Both the position numbers and the translations under genes were made by a program. The notes beneath the pieces were generated by a model. That model saw only the letters and a program-made list of their open reading frames with translations, ran no database searches and was not told the origin of the DNA. 64,000 bases of DNA from Vicugna vicugna (taxonomy: Eukaryota): NCBI GenBank assembly GCA_013265495.1, contig MU058844.1, positions 7,253,260 to 7,317,259 of the forward strand, in the 5' to 3' direction. Shown here piece by piece: positions 39,131-52,659 of this stretch (positions are counted from its first letter, which is position 1; the number at the start of each line of letters is the position of its first letter).

Positions 39131-41811
39131 AAACAGCAATAGTCTTAACTTTTAAGAAGATGGCAGCAGTGCTGGTTTCCAGTCAAATTCATCTTTCTTG
39201 AAGTAAAATGAGGAAAGAAAACACAAGGTCACACAATGAAAATTTTAAAACTTGATGCATATTTAAAAATATGAAATGTTTTAAGTTTTGTTTATGTCCT
39301 GATTTGTTCCAAAATATGTAAAGGAAAAAAATGTTTGTGAAGAATGAGCATGGCTAATGCAAAGACAAACAAAAGCAAGCAAAACTTTGGAAAAAGGAGA
39401 GGCAAATCTCAAAAATTTTCAGCCTCTATAAACTCCATAGAATCAGCATTAGTGAGAGAAATACCAACACAGATTTGTTCCCTTGGGAGCAGAATTTAAT
39501 AACAAAAGGCAGCATAAAGATAGAACAATTAGATAGCACTTATTTACAAATATATATCGTGTGTGATCAGATAACGAATATATCTCAGCAGAGTTGGAAA
39601 GATTGTAAGCCAGACTAAAGCAAGGGAAAAGATGTTGAGAGAGTTCTTGAAAACCTCAATATATTCATAACTCCAGGATTCAGTGATACACAAAGATGCT
39701 CCAAGAATTGCTTACTTCTATTATATCACTTTAGGCAATATTTTGATGGAAATTCAAAGAACAGGTGAACCATGTAAGTTAAATTGACCAAAGGAGCTTT
39801 CTTAATAACAAATGACTAATAATTTCAGAACACCTAGCTTACCTTGACTCCTAGACATGCAGTCAGGTAAGGAATCAGACAACAAATAGAGCATGGAGGA
39901 ATTCAGAAATTATTTAAAGACAAATATTTTAAATGTATTTGATTTCGCACCTCTGATTGCTCTTTTTTTCCTTTAAAATTTTGAGAAGGCGTTGTTTTCA
40001 TTCATACTACTAAAGACTTTTTTAAAGTATTATATTTTATGTCAAAATTTTATACATGTTACAACCACTTCATAGATAAAGAACCAGCTATTGAGAGATT
40101 GAGAACTGATATTTTCATAAGGTAAAAATTTTAAAAAGCAGATTTGTTTTACTTCAAAAATCACTTTTTGTTTCATTACATCCCATTGGCTTCAGCAGCC
40201 ATGTGTGATTCCCATTCTGTGAAAATATAATCAGCAGTTAGTGTAAAACACAAAGTATATAGAACATCACCAAAATTACTCCTTCATAACAGGTAAAGCA
40301 AATGGAAGTAAAGAAGGAACAGTTTCCTTTGTAATCTGTCTTTCATTAATAAGTGCTTTTCAGCTAACTTAGTGGAATGAGTCTATCTGAATGTCTCAAA
40401 AAACCACTGCTTTTGGAAATAGATTAATTGGTGTAAAAATAAAAAATATCCAACTGGCTATTTGACATTTCCCCATTCAAGAGTGATTTGATTGAAAGCT
40501 TTACCTTTTGACTAATAACTTTTTTTATTGTAGTATAAAATAAATTATGTCAAATTAAAAATGAGATGCTTATACAAATAGTAGAATAGCAGAAACTAAA
40601 CATGTAGGAAACATTTCATTTTCTCCAGAAAGAGTGTGTCATGGGTTTTGCAATATATCTGTATTCACAAAATTTATCTTCTTTCTAATAGCAACAGCAA
40701 ATTCCTTCTAGTAACAGATAATAGCCTACTTGATTCTGCCTTTCATCCAAAAGGCTATTTTTGTTTATAGATGATGGGAAATATTAAATAAGTTAACCTC
40801 TGTTCTCACCTGAACACTTGATGTTACTTGTGAAAGCTGCATATACATCTAGGTGTTCCTGACAACTCCCAGCTTTCATGTGTCTGGATGAAAAGTCACA
40901 GGGCACTTGGAGTCTTGAGGTTGAGGCAAGTTCAATCAAAACATATTGGAGCAATCTTGAGTGTAAATGTGAAAAACAGCAGAACATGTACTTTATAGCA
41001 TGGACAATTTTAACAAAGGGATTCCCTTCTCCCTTTTTTGAATGAACACATGTAAACCGTAAGAATGAACTAATTCAAGCTGTAAGAAAGAACTACTTAA
41101 TATCCATATGCACACACAGACAGATGCATACTGACCCACATTTTTGGAAAATAAATAGCAAAAGTAAGACATTTATTTTCAAGCTTGTCAGAAAATTCCC
41201 CTAACTAAACATACTGCTTTATAATATTTACATTCTAAATATTTTGTTGAACTCTATTGCATTATTACCCAAAGTTATATTTTTTAAAATTCCAAAACAG
41301 TCCAACTAACACTTGTGAATTTTTATAGTCTACAAAATGATCTTTTCATAGAATTTCTCTTTCAGTGTCCAACTAATAGGCAAATACTATTACTATCTCT
41401 TTCTCATGGTTAAGAAAAATGTTCAGAGGGATTAAAATCACCTGATTGTTAAGTGGCTATTACCAAATTTTGGAATTAATAACATCAAATTTATTTCTAA
41501 TTGCATAGCAATGTTGGAAAATAAGTCTTCCTAGGTATATTTTTTTCAATATTTTTTTAAAAATCACACTTTATCTGTTCCCTAAAACCATAATGTTCTC
41601 ATAAATAGGGACTAGCTCTTTGAAAAGAAGGTCATAATAAGTCACATATTTTATAAATAATAGCATTATTATGAAAATTGATTTTGAATATCAGTGATAA
41701 AGGGAATAAATAAAAACAGCAAATGTATATTCCTATAGCACTGTTGGTAGAGGCCAGTGAGCCTTAAAATTCTGGCTTATTACATGGAGGCAAATACTAT
41801 GTATTTATTAA

Positions 41812-41990
41812 AGTAGAGTTTCCCAAGTTTTTCAGATTAAAGTAATATCTATAAGACTTATAAAAATGATGGGCTGCAATCCAGATAGAATGAATCAGAA
41901 TATTCTAAAAAAAAAAAAGACCTGAGAATCCATATTTTTAATAAATAAGCTAAGTCATTCCTATAATTATAAAAGTTTGGGAGAAACAGT
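41812..41990. mobile_element. MER5B-like MITE
   Basis: agagtttcccaagttt ... tgaatcagaatattct ... cctgagaatccatattttta ... aaagtttgggagaaacag; inverted ends. Confidence 0.7.
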
Positions 41991-42049
41991 CAGTATACCT
42001 CACAAACTTCTAAGGGTAAAAAGGAATAAAGTTAAGCATATCTCCTGTT

Positions 42050-44750
42050 GTGTTCTAAATAGCATTGTGTGTTTCTGCTGTTTTTAGAAATGCATACACC
42101 CATGTAACCCATAATACAACCAAGATACGGAATATTGCCATTATATATTACCAGGAATTTCTGAATGCCTTTTACAATCAACTTCTGCCCAACATTGCGT
42201 AGAAACAATGGCTTTTTAAAATTTTTTCCACCATAGGTAAGATTTGCTTATTCTATAAAGTCATAAAAATGGAATCAAATAATATTACCCTTTGTTTAAG
42301 GCATCTTTCACTCAGCATAAGGTTTTGGAAAATAACCCATAGTGTTGCATGCACCAGTAGTTTGTTATTTCACTGAAGTGTTCCATTTTATTATTTATCC
42401 ACTCTCATATTGATAGACATGTGGAATGTTTCCAGTTTGGGGCAATTATGAAGAAAGCCACTATGAATATTCTTGTACAAGTATTTTATGAACACATGTT
42501 TTCATTTTCCTTGGGTATATACTTAGGATTGGAATGGCAGGGTCATAGAATAGGTATAGTTTTAATTTTATCAGAAACTTAAAGACATTTTCCCAAGTAG
42601 TTCCAGCATTTAACACTGCCACAGTAAGTTCCAGTTATTCCATCATTTGGTGTGTTTTCAGATTTTTTTTTATTATGGTGTTGATTGGCATTTTCTTGGT
42701 AACTAACGATAGTGAGAACATTTTCATGTGCTTAATGATTATTCAGAGATATTTCTAGTGAGTTTTCTGTTCAATACTATGCATGTATCTGGTTTGTTCC
42801 TTTTTTGGTAAACTCTGACATTCTGCACTTTGGGGCAGATGTACTTATGAAGACTATGTAATTATACATAACATGTATTTTCTGTACTCTTGGCAACTTT
42901 CCCTCTTTATTTCTTTAATGAATTATAACTATAAACTCTAAATCTTAAGCCTTTACTTTATTTCATATGTGTTAGTATAAAGTATATTACTTTTCATTGC
43001 TTTCTAGATAGTTTGAAATTTCATTGTTTTAATTTTTTTCTTTGATTCTATATCCACCTACATGTGTTTTTCCAAATTCTCAAGTAGTTATTTCTTAACA
43101 TCCTTTTTATTATTCATATCTAACTTTATTAGATTATAATAAGAGGAAATAGCCTATAAAATCATAATATTCTAAGTCTTCCTTGTGGCCACAACTTCAA
43201 AGGTTTTACTAACAGCTTACGCTAGTGGATATTTATGTAACATATGTATGTTGTTTATTTGAGAAAGTTAATTTTCTTATTTTCTTTTCTTTTTATCTCT
43301 TCTTCCCCCCAATTCATCTTTCATTTCTTCTACTTTTCTATGATTTTTAAAATTTTTATTATAAAATTAATTTATTATGGAATTTATTTTATTATGAAAT
43401 CAATCAATGTCATTTTTATGATGACTATCTCTTCCTAATGTACTATTATTATTCACTAATAATGCCTCCGCCCATATCTTTATTCCCAAATGTCAGTATA
43501 TCTAACATGAATATTCCTACATTTGTGCTCATTTTGTTTTTATGTACCTGTTTTTCTATTGCAAATGATTATTTTCAACCTTTCTTTATCACTTAGTCTA
43601 ATCTTGTCATTGTTTTGTAAATAGCCTTTAGTTGACTTGTTTTGTATTAACCCAATCTGAGACTGCAACATAGGATAGTTAAGTCTATCCACGTTCTATA
43701 TAATGTTACCTTTGAAATGTTATTAGATATGTCTATTTAATCTATGCCTACCCTTACATTATTTCCCATTGTTTTTCTCCTTTCTTATTTCTCATTACTT
43801 TTTAAAAATTTCTGTTCTTTACCTAGTTACCTGAGATATTTTACTACATTTTATGTTTCACTGATGACTTTATTCTCTTTTCCTGTTATTTTCCACTGCA
43901 CTTTCCCCCTTCCAATAAGTGACCTTTTTAATAATTTTATTTCTCTTCCCTTTTCTCCTGTATATCTCTCCCCTTTCTTTAAGAATCTTTAGTGAGATTC
44001 CGAAAACCTTTTATTCCCCCCTCCTTTGCACAAACCTCAATTTTTACTGAAATTCTTCATTCATTTTAGATTGTCTATTATTACAGTGTCACTCAGAGTA
44101 TAACTCCTTTTTCCCCAAAATATCTTATTTAGCACAGTCCTGTTATAGTTAGCCGTTGATTCTTAGTTTTCCATATTTGGAGGACTCAGTTCTGCTTCAT
44201 GTGTTATGTGAGATTTTCCTCAAATGTGGTGCTTGTAGATTTTCCTCAGATACAGTACTTCTGTGATGTCTCTAAATTCTTGTATCTCTGTACAGATTTT
44301 CTTTTCCCTTGACTATATAGATACCTTTGTGGGATATTAGATAATTTGGTTGAAATCCTTTCCTCTCAGTCACTTATGACTATTATTTAATAATTGTTCA
44401 ACATCTAATATCAGACTAATATTGTACACTTTATAAATTGCTAATGATTGTTACGACTGAAAGCATGTAGATATTTTTCTTTAAGATTAGACTTCAGCAG
44501 TATTATCAGGATATGCTAAGAATTGTGTTTTGTGTGCTTTTGCTATATATTTATTTCTCACCAATTCATGTTGAATTCTCTAGGCTCTTTTAATTTTAAA
44601 TTGAGCCTCCTCAACTCAGGGAAACTTTCTTCAATAATTTTTAACTACTTTAGTTTTTCTTCTTTCTTCTCCTGGAATTCTAGATACATTAAGTGTTCTC
44701 AACACATTTTCTTCTCTGTCAACATTTTCCTCCCACTTGATAAAAGTGTT
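42050..44750 (-). mobile_element. Decayed L1ME-like fragments (3' end through ORF1-like region)
   Basis: aaatggaatcaaataat, tttcactcagcataag, tttccagtttggggcaattatgaagaaagccactatgaatattcttgtacaag; T-rich decayed ORF1-like sequence at 44280-44700; middle part weakly supported. Confidence 0.65.
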
Positions 44751-45289
44751 TAGGCCTTTGTACCATGGCCCGGTTGGAAGCTGCCCTGAGAAGCAGATGG
44801 GATTAGCTCAAAAGCCAGGGTAGGCGCCTAGAGGTGGGAGTTGTCAGCTGATCACATTTCTCATGTCTAGGCAGCCATTCCTCTCAGGAGGGATCTGAGC
44901 CTCACATTTCTGTGCCTGTCACTAAATGGTAGGGAGAAACATCTACATTTTTATCCTGTTTGTTTAAAGAAGCATAAAAGGATATATCAACAACATAATA
45001 AGGTAACATTGCTTAAATATAGAAAATAAAGAAAAATTAAGAACAAGATTTTGAGATTAATAGGAGCCAGGAATGCAGCTATGCATGACTATAAATTGTG
45101 CATGAAAGGTCAAATTTTAAAAGTCTAAGCTAACACCTAACTGTTAGGAAGAAATTAGACTATTTAAAAAATTCACTTTATCCTTAGATTAAGACTTTAT
45201 AATTACTTACATGAATCACAACTTTCCTTGGTGCAATGATCAGACAGAATTTCTTCCCCAGCATATTTGTTATGGCAGTAGGCTGGTTA

Positions 45290-46050
45290 GGGAAGAAGAC
45301 TAGACTTTGTAATATCACTGAACCAGAGGGTGAGATTGCCATTTTGTTTGTTTTCTTGCTTTTGGTCTTACTCAGCCTAGACTCAATGACAGCCCCGAGA
45401 CCAGAATTGTTCAGAAAGAAAACTCTCCGAGGAAAGTGCTCATATTCTGGTTCAATAAGTGGGAAAAGGAAATTTCTAATGGTCAGAAACAGTGGGGAAC
45501 ATACTATTTTTCTTTTCTTTCTCTCTCTTTTTCCTTTTTTTCCCATCTTACCCCAGTGACTGCTGTGGTGGTGGTGGTGGTAAAAGTAGAACAGAAACCA
45601 CAGTGGTGGTCAGACAGCTGCCGTAAACTGAAAGGGAGGGAAACGTTTGTCTCTGACCACAGGAGCTGTAGTCCAAGAGCTTGAGCTGAATCTCCTCTGC
45701 TTATCCTCTCTCTCTTTATCTTGATAGTTGGCTCTAGATGTGGATGTAGTTACAGCAAGTGTGAAGGAGAGCAGAAAAGATAAAGAAGTGAAGCCCTGGG
45801 TAAGCAAAAAGAGGGAGATTGCAGAGAAGAGGGAGCTCAAGAAAGAAATCCCTTAAAATTGTTTATGATATTCTATGTTTACTCTCAAGCTGCACTGCAC
45901 AGACCTGTCCCTAAACAAAATACCAAAGATTTTGAAAACTGAAATACAGATAAAAAGTTACCATCAAAGTCACAGACTGCTTACTGGGTGGCGTATATGG
46001 AAGACAATTTCAGGTAACACTACAAGGGCTTCAGAAGTTACAAAGTGATA
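45290..46050 (+). mobile_element. Probable L1M4/L1MC-type 5' region
   Basis: Purine-rich segment resembling old L1 5' ends (gattttgaaaactgaa, cagactgcttactgggtggc); recognition from memory only. Confidence 0.4.
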
Positions 46051-46059
46051 GTTATACAA

Positions 46060-48782
46060 TATTAGATAGAAGTGATGAGAATGGGCATCCTTGTCTTGTT
46101 TCAGATTTTAGGAGGAAGGCTTTCAGCTTGTCACCACTGAATATTACTTTGCCTGTGGGTTTGTCATAAATAGCCTTTAATTTGTTGAGATACATTCTCT
46201 CTCTAACCACTTTGGTCAGAGTTTTTTTTTTTTTTTTTTTTTATCATGAATGGATGTTGAATTTTAGCAAATGCTTTTTTCTACATCTATTGAGATAATC
46301 ATGTGGATATTGTCTTTCCTTTTGTTGATAATTACGTTATATTGATGATTTATGTATGTTGAACCATCCTTATGACACTGGGATGAATCCAAATTGATCA
46401 TGGTGTATGATCTTTTTTATGTGTTGTTGGATTTGATTTGCTAGTATTTTGTTGAGAACTTTTGCTTTTATATTCATCAATGATAGTGGCCTATAATTTT
46501 TGTTTTTGGTTTTGTCTTTGTCTGGTTTTGGTATCAGGGTGATGGTGGCTTCATGGAATAACTTTGGGAGTGTTCCCTGCTCTTCAATCTTTTAAAAGAG
46601 GTTCAGAAGGATTAGTGTAACTTCTTTGTCCGTTTGGTTGAATTACACAGTGAAGCCATCTGTTGGTAGAGATTTTATTTTTTTATTACAGATTCTGTTT
46701 CACTTCTAGTGATCAATCTGTTCAAATTATCTATTTCTTCTTGATTCAGTTTTGGTGGGCTGTATGTTTCTAGAAACTTGTCCATTTCTTCTACATTGTC
46801 CAATTTGCTGGCATATAATTGTTCATAATATTTTCTCTTTTTTTCCCCTGTATTTCTGCAGTATTGGTTTTATTATCCAATCTGCCACTCTGTCTTTTGA
46901 TTGGAGAATTTATTCCCAAGGTAATTATTGATATATATGTATTTATTGACATTTTAGACGCTGTTTTCCAGTTAATTTTGTATTCCTCTTTGTTCCTTTC
47001 TTTTTGTTTTTCCTTTTGTGGTTTTCTTTTGTATTATGCTTGTGTTCTCTTCTTTTTGGTTTTTGTGAGTCTATTATATGTTTTTGATTTGTGGTTACCC
47101 TCTTTTTCAAGTATGTTAGCCCATTACTGTATCTACACTTTATGCTCATATAGGCTTAAACACATTCTAAAAAAAATCTACATTTTCTTACTTTCTCCTC
47201 CCACATTTTATGATTTTGATGTCCTCTTTTACATCTTCGTGTTTATTCTTTTGCTATTCATTATAGTTATCATCACTGTCACAAACTTTTTTTTGCTATT
47301 TTATAATCTATGTGCTGCCTTATTTAACTGATTTTCTTTCCAATTGTGATTTTCTCTCTCCTATAGATTCTTGCTTCTTTTCTGTTTAGAAAAGACCTTT
47401 CAAGATTTCATTTAGGGTAGATTTAATACTGCTGTTATTTAATACTGCTGTTATTTAATACTGCTGTTAATACTGCTGCTGTTATTTAATACTGCTGTTA
47501 ATACTGCTGTTACTGCCTCAGTTTTTGCTTGTCTGAGAAATTCTGTATCTCTCCATTTATTCTAAATTATAATGTTGCTGGGTAGAATATCCTAGGGTGC
47601 AGGATTTTTCCCTTTCAGGACTTCGAATATATCTTGCCACTTCCTTTTGGCCTGCAATGTTTCTGTAAAGGAATCAGCTAATAGCCTATAGGGATTCCCT
47701 TGTAATTAACTATTTGTTTTTCTCTTGCTGCCTTTAGAATCCTCTGTTTATCCTTAACTTTTGCCATTTTAATTATAATATGTCTTGGTGTGGATCTGTT
47801 TGAGTTTATCTCGTTTGGGACTCTCTGTGCTTCCTGTACCTGGATATCTGTTTCTTTCTCTAGTATGGGAAGTTTTCATCCATAATTTCTTCATAAACAT
47901 TTTTTTATTCCCTTTTCTCTTTTTTCTCCTTCTGGGATCCCTATTATGCATAGATTGGGATGCTTTATATTATCCTGTAGTTCTCATATATTGCTTTTTT
48001 TTTTTAATTTGTGTTTCTGTCTGCTTTTCTCATTTTATCTTCCAGATCACTTATTTGTTATTCTGCATTATTCAGCTTGCTACTTATTGCCTTTAGTTCA
48101 GCTTTTGTCTCAGCAAATGAGTTTTCTAATTTTAACTGGCTACACTTTATAGTTTCTAGTTTTGGGTTTTGTTTTTGTTTTTTTTTTTTTTTAATTGTAA
48201 GCTGTATTTCTATTGAAGGCCTGTCTTTATTCCTTTAGTATTTTTATTACCTCTTTTTGAACCCTGGGTCTGGTAGGCTGGGCTGTTTCATTGATTTTTC
48301 TTTCAGGGGAATTCTCTTGATCTTTTATTCAGAAGTGGTTCCTCTGCTTCATTTGACTTACATTTCCCTGACTCTCTGTGTTTAGGAGAAACAGTTATCT
48401 AATGTGGTCTTGGAAGGCTGTTTTTATGTGGAAGAGCCTCTGTGAAGACTGTGTGTGCCTCATATTTTTGTTGCTAGTGCTGTTTTTAGTTATGTATGGC
48501 TACCTTATCTTGACTCCATGTGTGCTGGCTGTTATCTCCTTGATTGGGTGTTTTATTGGTGTTGTGGTGACCAGGGCCTGTACTGGATGTTGAGAGGGGC
48601 CTTCCCTTTGCTCTGTGATTTTCACAGTCCTGTCGGGCAGGGTCTACTTTTCAGTTGTTTGAATGGAAGCCCACAGATCCATTTCTGAACTGCAGTGTGA
48701 GGTAGGCGGGACTGGAGTGCTTCCACTGGGACAGAGCCTGCTGAGTATTCCTCCTCAGGAGCTGTCCACTGGGGAGTGTGCA
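46060..48782 (-). mobile_element. LINE-1 5' portion: 5'UTR, ORF1 and internally deleted ORF2
   Basis: Minus strand at ~47600-47950 encodes ORF1 motifs (IQVQEAQRVPN, TPRHIIIKMAKVKDKQRILKAAREKQ); 46060-46850 is ORF2 (gaatgggcatccttgtcttgtt, gtgaagccatctg). Confidence 0.92.
47421..47516. repeat. 16-bp minisatellite (atttaatactgctgtt)n with truncated units
   Basis: Four exact 16-mers plus 15- and 12-bp variants and a terminal partial unit. Confidence 0.95.
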
Positions 48783-49955
48783 TAGAGCTAGATTTAAAGT
48801 ACAAACTTTTAACTTAAAACTTTAAGTGTAAAATATAGACTTTTAGAGAAAAACATAAGAGAAAATATGCAGAGGATTGTTAGATGTCACAAAAAAACAA
48901 TCCCTAAAGAAAAGTTAAGATAAACTCAACTTTTCCTCAGTGAAAGACATTTTTGAAGAGCAAAGCACATACTCAGAAAAAATATTTTCCAAGCATATTA
49001 TTATATCTGACAAAGAACGTGTATATTAATACAAAAAGAACTCTCAAAGCTTGATAGCAAGGAAAACAACCCAGTCCATATGTAAGCAAAAGACTTGAAC
49101 AAATACTTCACTGAAAGAAAATAAAGATGCCAAATAAGCTCCTGAAAAACACTCAGCATCACTATCCATTAGGAAATTGTACATTAAAATCATGACAGTG
49201 TACTAAAACATACCCATTAAAATGACCAAAATAAAAACAGTAACAATAAAAAATAATAATGAAACTGATAATACCAAGTACTTCCAGGTAAGGACATTCA
49301 GCGACTATATATCTCATAGACATCTAGTGGAAATGACAATGGTACAGCACCTCTGGAAAACAGTGTGACTTTTCCTCAGAAACTTAAACATCCACTTATT
49401 CTATGATCAAGCAATATTAGTCCTGTGTATTAACCCAAGGTATATGAAAACTTAGGCTCACACACAATCTTACACAAATGTTAATTGCAGCTCTATTCAT
49501 GATATCCAAAAAATGGAACCAACTCAAACGTCCTTTCCTGAGTGAATCAATAAACAAAACTGTAGTGTATCCATTTGATGGAATACTACTAAGCAATCAA
49601 AAAGAAACAAGCTGCTTATTCATGAAATAATAGGGATGGATCATAAGTGCATTTGTAAAGTGAAAAATATCCAGTTTAAATGGCGATTTACCTCTAAATT
49701 TGACTTGTATGACATGCTGAAAAAAGATATAATGACAGGGGTTGAGAGTGATCAGTGGTTGTGTGGGGTTAGAAGCAATCATGTGGCTATAAATGGACAG
49801 ATAACAGCAGAGAGATTTTTTTTTTTAATGGGGTGGTAAAACTATTACATATCCTAATTACGGTAGTTGCACAAATCTATACGTGTGTTAAATCTCATAG
49901 AACTGTACACCAAAGAGAAAGTCAATTTTACTGTATGTTAATTTTTTAAAAATGT
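48783..49955 (+). mobile_element. L1MC/L1MD-like 3' end
   Basis: gcaaaagacttgaacaaatacttcac, ggtacagcacctctggaaaacag, gatggaatactactaagcaatcaaaaag, catagaactgtacaccaaagagaaagtcaattttactgtatg. Confidence 0.9.
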
Positions 49956-51269
49956 TTTTAAATGTTAATGGGTTTCATAAAGGGTCTGGAAGAAGACCAT
50001 CCTCAACTCAGTGCTACACTGAAGTTCTGCCGTTGCTCAGTTTCTTACAACTAATCTACTCACAACTGTGCTTGGAGCTTTCAAACCAAGATCAAAATCC
50101 AGAGCACGAGGCTATGCTTACCATCCCATTTTATTTACCTCCCACCTCCCACTCATCTCTTTTACTCTTCTTAGTGCAAAATCTTCCTTTGTCTTCTTTC
50201 AATGCCTCTCTATCTCTTTTTAATTATAAAACTGGTGCTTATTTGTGCATTTTAAGGGAGAATTATTTAGAGAATGACAGAAATAAAGAGTGGGTCTAAA
50301 TGTTCTTACTGAATATTCCCAATTTGATAGGTATCTTATTGACAAAAGAAGAGGCTTGAATTCGAAGTTAATAGGGTCTAGAACTAAGATTTTAAGTCAG
50401 ATATATTCTAACTTTAACAAAATCTGATTTAACTGTAACATAGTATGGAATTGATAGTTTTTTTCAGTACAGTGTAGGCTTTGTAGTTTCTAATTAAAAT
50501 TTAATAAACATTACTTCATTTGAAATATTCAAGTACAATTCGAAATTAACAAGTGTTTCTTATTCATATTAATTAATATCATTTTCTTTATTGATTTTTA
50601 ACTTTTATGGAGCACCTTCTAGAATGAAAGAAATATGGGTAATACCTCTGGATTTTTTTTTAATTTTTATAAAATAATATAAGTTTAGTTTAGCAGTGAT
50701 TTATTATTTTCACTCCACCTCAGAGGCAGACTTCTATAGCAAACTGAGTTCTTAAATATACTTTTGCTATACAGAAATTCTGCCAACTGTTACTGTCACA
50801 ATGTTCATAAAAACATCATTATATGCAACTGTTAGCAGCAGTACATGTTTAATGTACCAAACACTTGAATTTTTAATTCAGATCAACATCTGGTTTTGCT
50901 CTTGTTTTACCACTGAGGAAACTAAGTTTGATTGACTAAAGAAAGATCAGTTAATACATGATGGTTAAATTAGATGTTACCATTCATAAATAACAATATA
51001 CCTTCATTCAAACTACCCAATTATAATACAACTTCCCATTTATATTTGTTAGTATTACTACTCGTAAATTTATGGTTATAACTTTGTTTAAAATGTTTGC
51101 TATTTCAGAAATTTTATTCATAGTGTTTCTGTACTTGCTGTTATGCTAAAATGTTTAGAAAATGAAATAGTAAACAGTGGGTGGTGAGATATCTTCTTTT
51201 ATTTGTTTGGTATTGGTTGTTGCATCTGTTTCAGAGTTTTGCTTTGCCAAAACATTTTATAATGGTCTT

Positions 51270-52620
51270 ATCTGATCTCAGTATGAACTCATTATTAGCT
51301 TAGTACACATACAGATAGATATATACAGAAACAATTGTAGCTATGGATTTCTACATTGGTTGGTACATATACATATATCGCTATCTCTGTTCACTGAGAG
51401 GGTTTAGAAGTACCCAGTAGCAATAAGCACATCTTGGTTTCTAGATACCATTCACCAAAAATGGGAATGGAAGTTCCTTGGAGAAATGGTTGATTCTAGA
51501 AGTAGGACAGGGAAAACACAAGACAATCATGGAGCATTTTGCAATATCAAAGCATAAGAAAGGCTGGGAAAGAAACAGAAGGATGGGAGCCTGTCAGAGG
51601 AACACAGGAACCACTGAAAAAGCTCCCAATGACCAAAGCTGGAACACTTTAAGCAACAAAATAAATAATGATAATATTGGGTTATAAAGCAAAGAATAAA
51701 ATAAGTATCTAAGCCCGTGTTGATATAAATAAGTGACAAAATAAGTTTAAAAACAGAAGAGAAAGAACCTATATTGTCTATAGAATAATTCCAAATGCTA
51801 AAGGTAGGAGGAATAAAAATATAACAGAAGGTCATTGGATCATCAACAAATCTACTGATGAATGCTAAAATTAGTGGATAAAACTTTTTGAAGCATCAAT
51901 ATTTTATAGCCTCAAAGCATCATAATTAGTTATTTAGTGATCTTAACTTAATGTGAAAATTCCTTGATAGTCCTCCCTCCAGGAGGTAGATATTAATTCC
52001 TTTTCCCTTCAGTGTGGACTAGACTAAGGGATTTGCGTTAAAACAATAGAGTATGGAGAGTGGAAGATCTTAATTTTGCAATGGTGAAACCTGACACATA
52101 ACTTAACAGAATGATTTAAGCTAAAATTACCGGAAACTATTCACATTGACATTATTTATCCTCTGATATGATTTAATTTGAAGGACATTTTCACCTCTGT
52201 GCTACGCTAACAAATCCATAACTGCAGTCTAATTTTGAGAAGATACTAGACAAAATTTGATTGAAGGAAGTCTGCAAAACATCTTACCAGAATTATTCAA
52301 AACTGTAACAGTCATTTTTTTAAAAAAAGGAAAGGCTCAGACATTGTCGCAAATTGGAGTACATATGATGACTAAATGCAGTATGGTATCCTGAATTTTA
52401 TCCTGGGATAAAAAAAAATGACAATAGAAAAATTGTTAAAATTCAAATGAAGTCTATAATTTGTATTGTACCAATATGAATTTTTTTTTATTTTCATAAG
52501 TTTACTATAGCTATTTAAGATGTTAACATTTGGCGAAACAGGGTAAAGTCTATATGAGAACTCTGTACTGCCTTCACAACTCCTCTGTAATTCTAAAATT
52601 ATTTCAAAGTTTATACAGGT
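51270..52620 (+). mobile_element. L1MC/L1MD long 3'UTR
   Basis: atcttggtttctagataccattc, ccttggagaaatggttgattctag, tgactaaatgcagtatggtatcctgaa, gaactctgtactgccttcacaactcctctgtaattctaaaattattt. Confidence 0.85.
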
Positions 52621-52659
52621 GAAATCCAAATGATCAAGTAACAGGAAGTGGCAGTCAGA

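Noticed and set aside
45184..45840. Overlapping ORFs on both strands
   Set aside because: Lie in probable old L1 5'-type sequence; no domain similarity recognisable
47421..47516. Direct-repeat array as possible CRISPR
   Set aside because: No spacers, head-to-tail units, mammalian context and no cas genes
46819..48688. Cluster of hydrophobic plus-strand ORFs (up to 170 aa)
   Set aside because: Antisense reading of an A-rich L1; the T-rich strand gives F/L-rich chance ORFs
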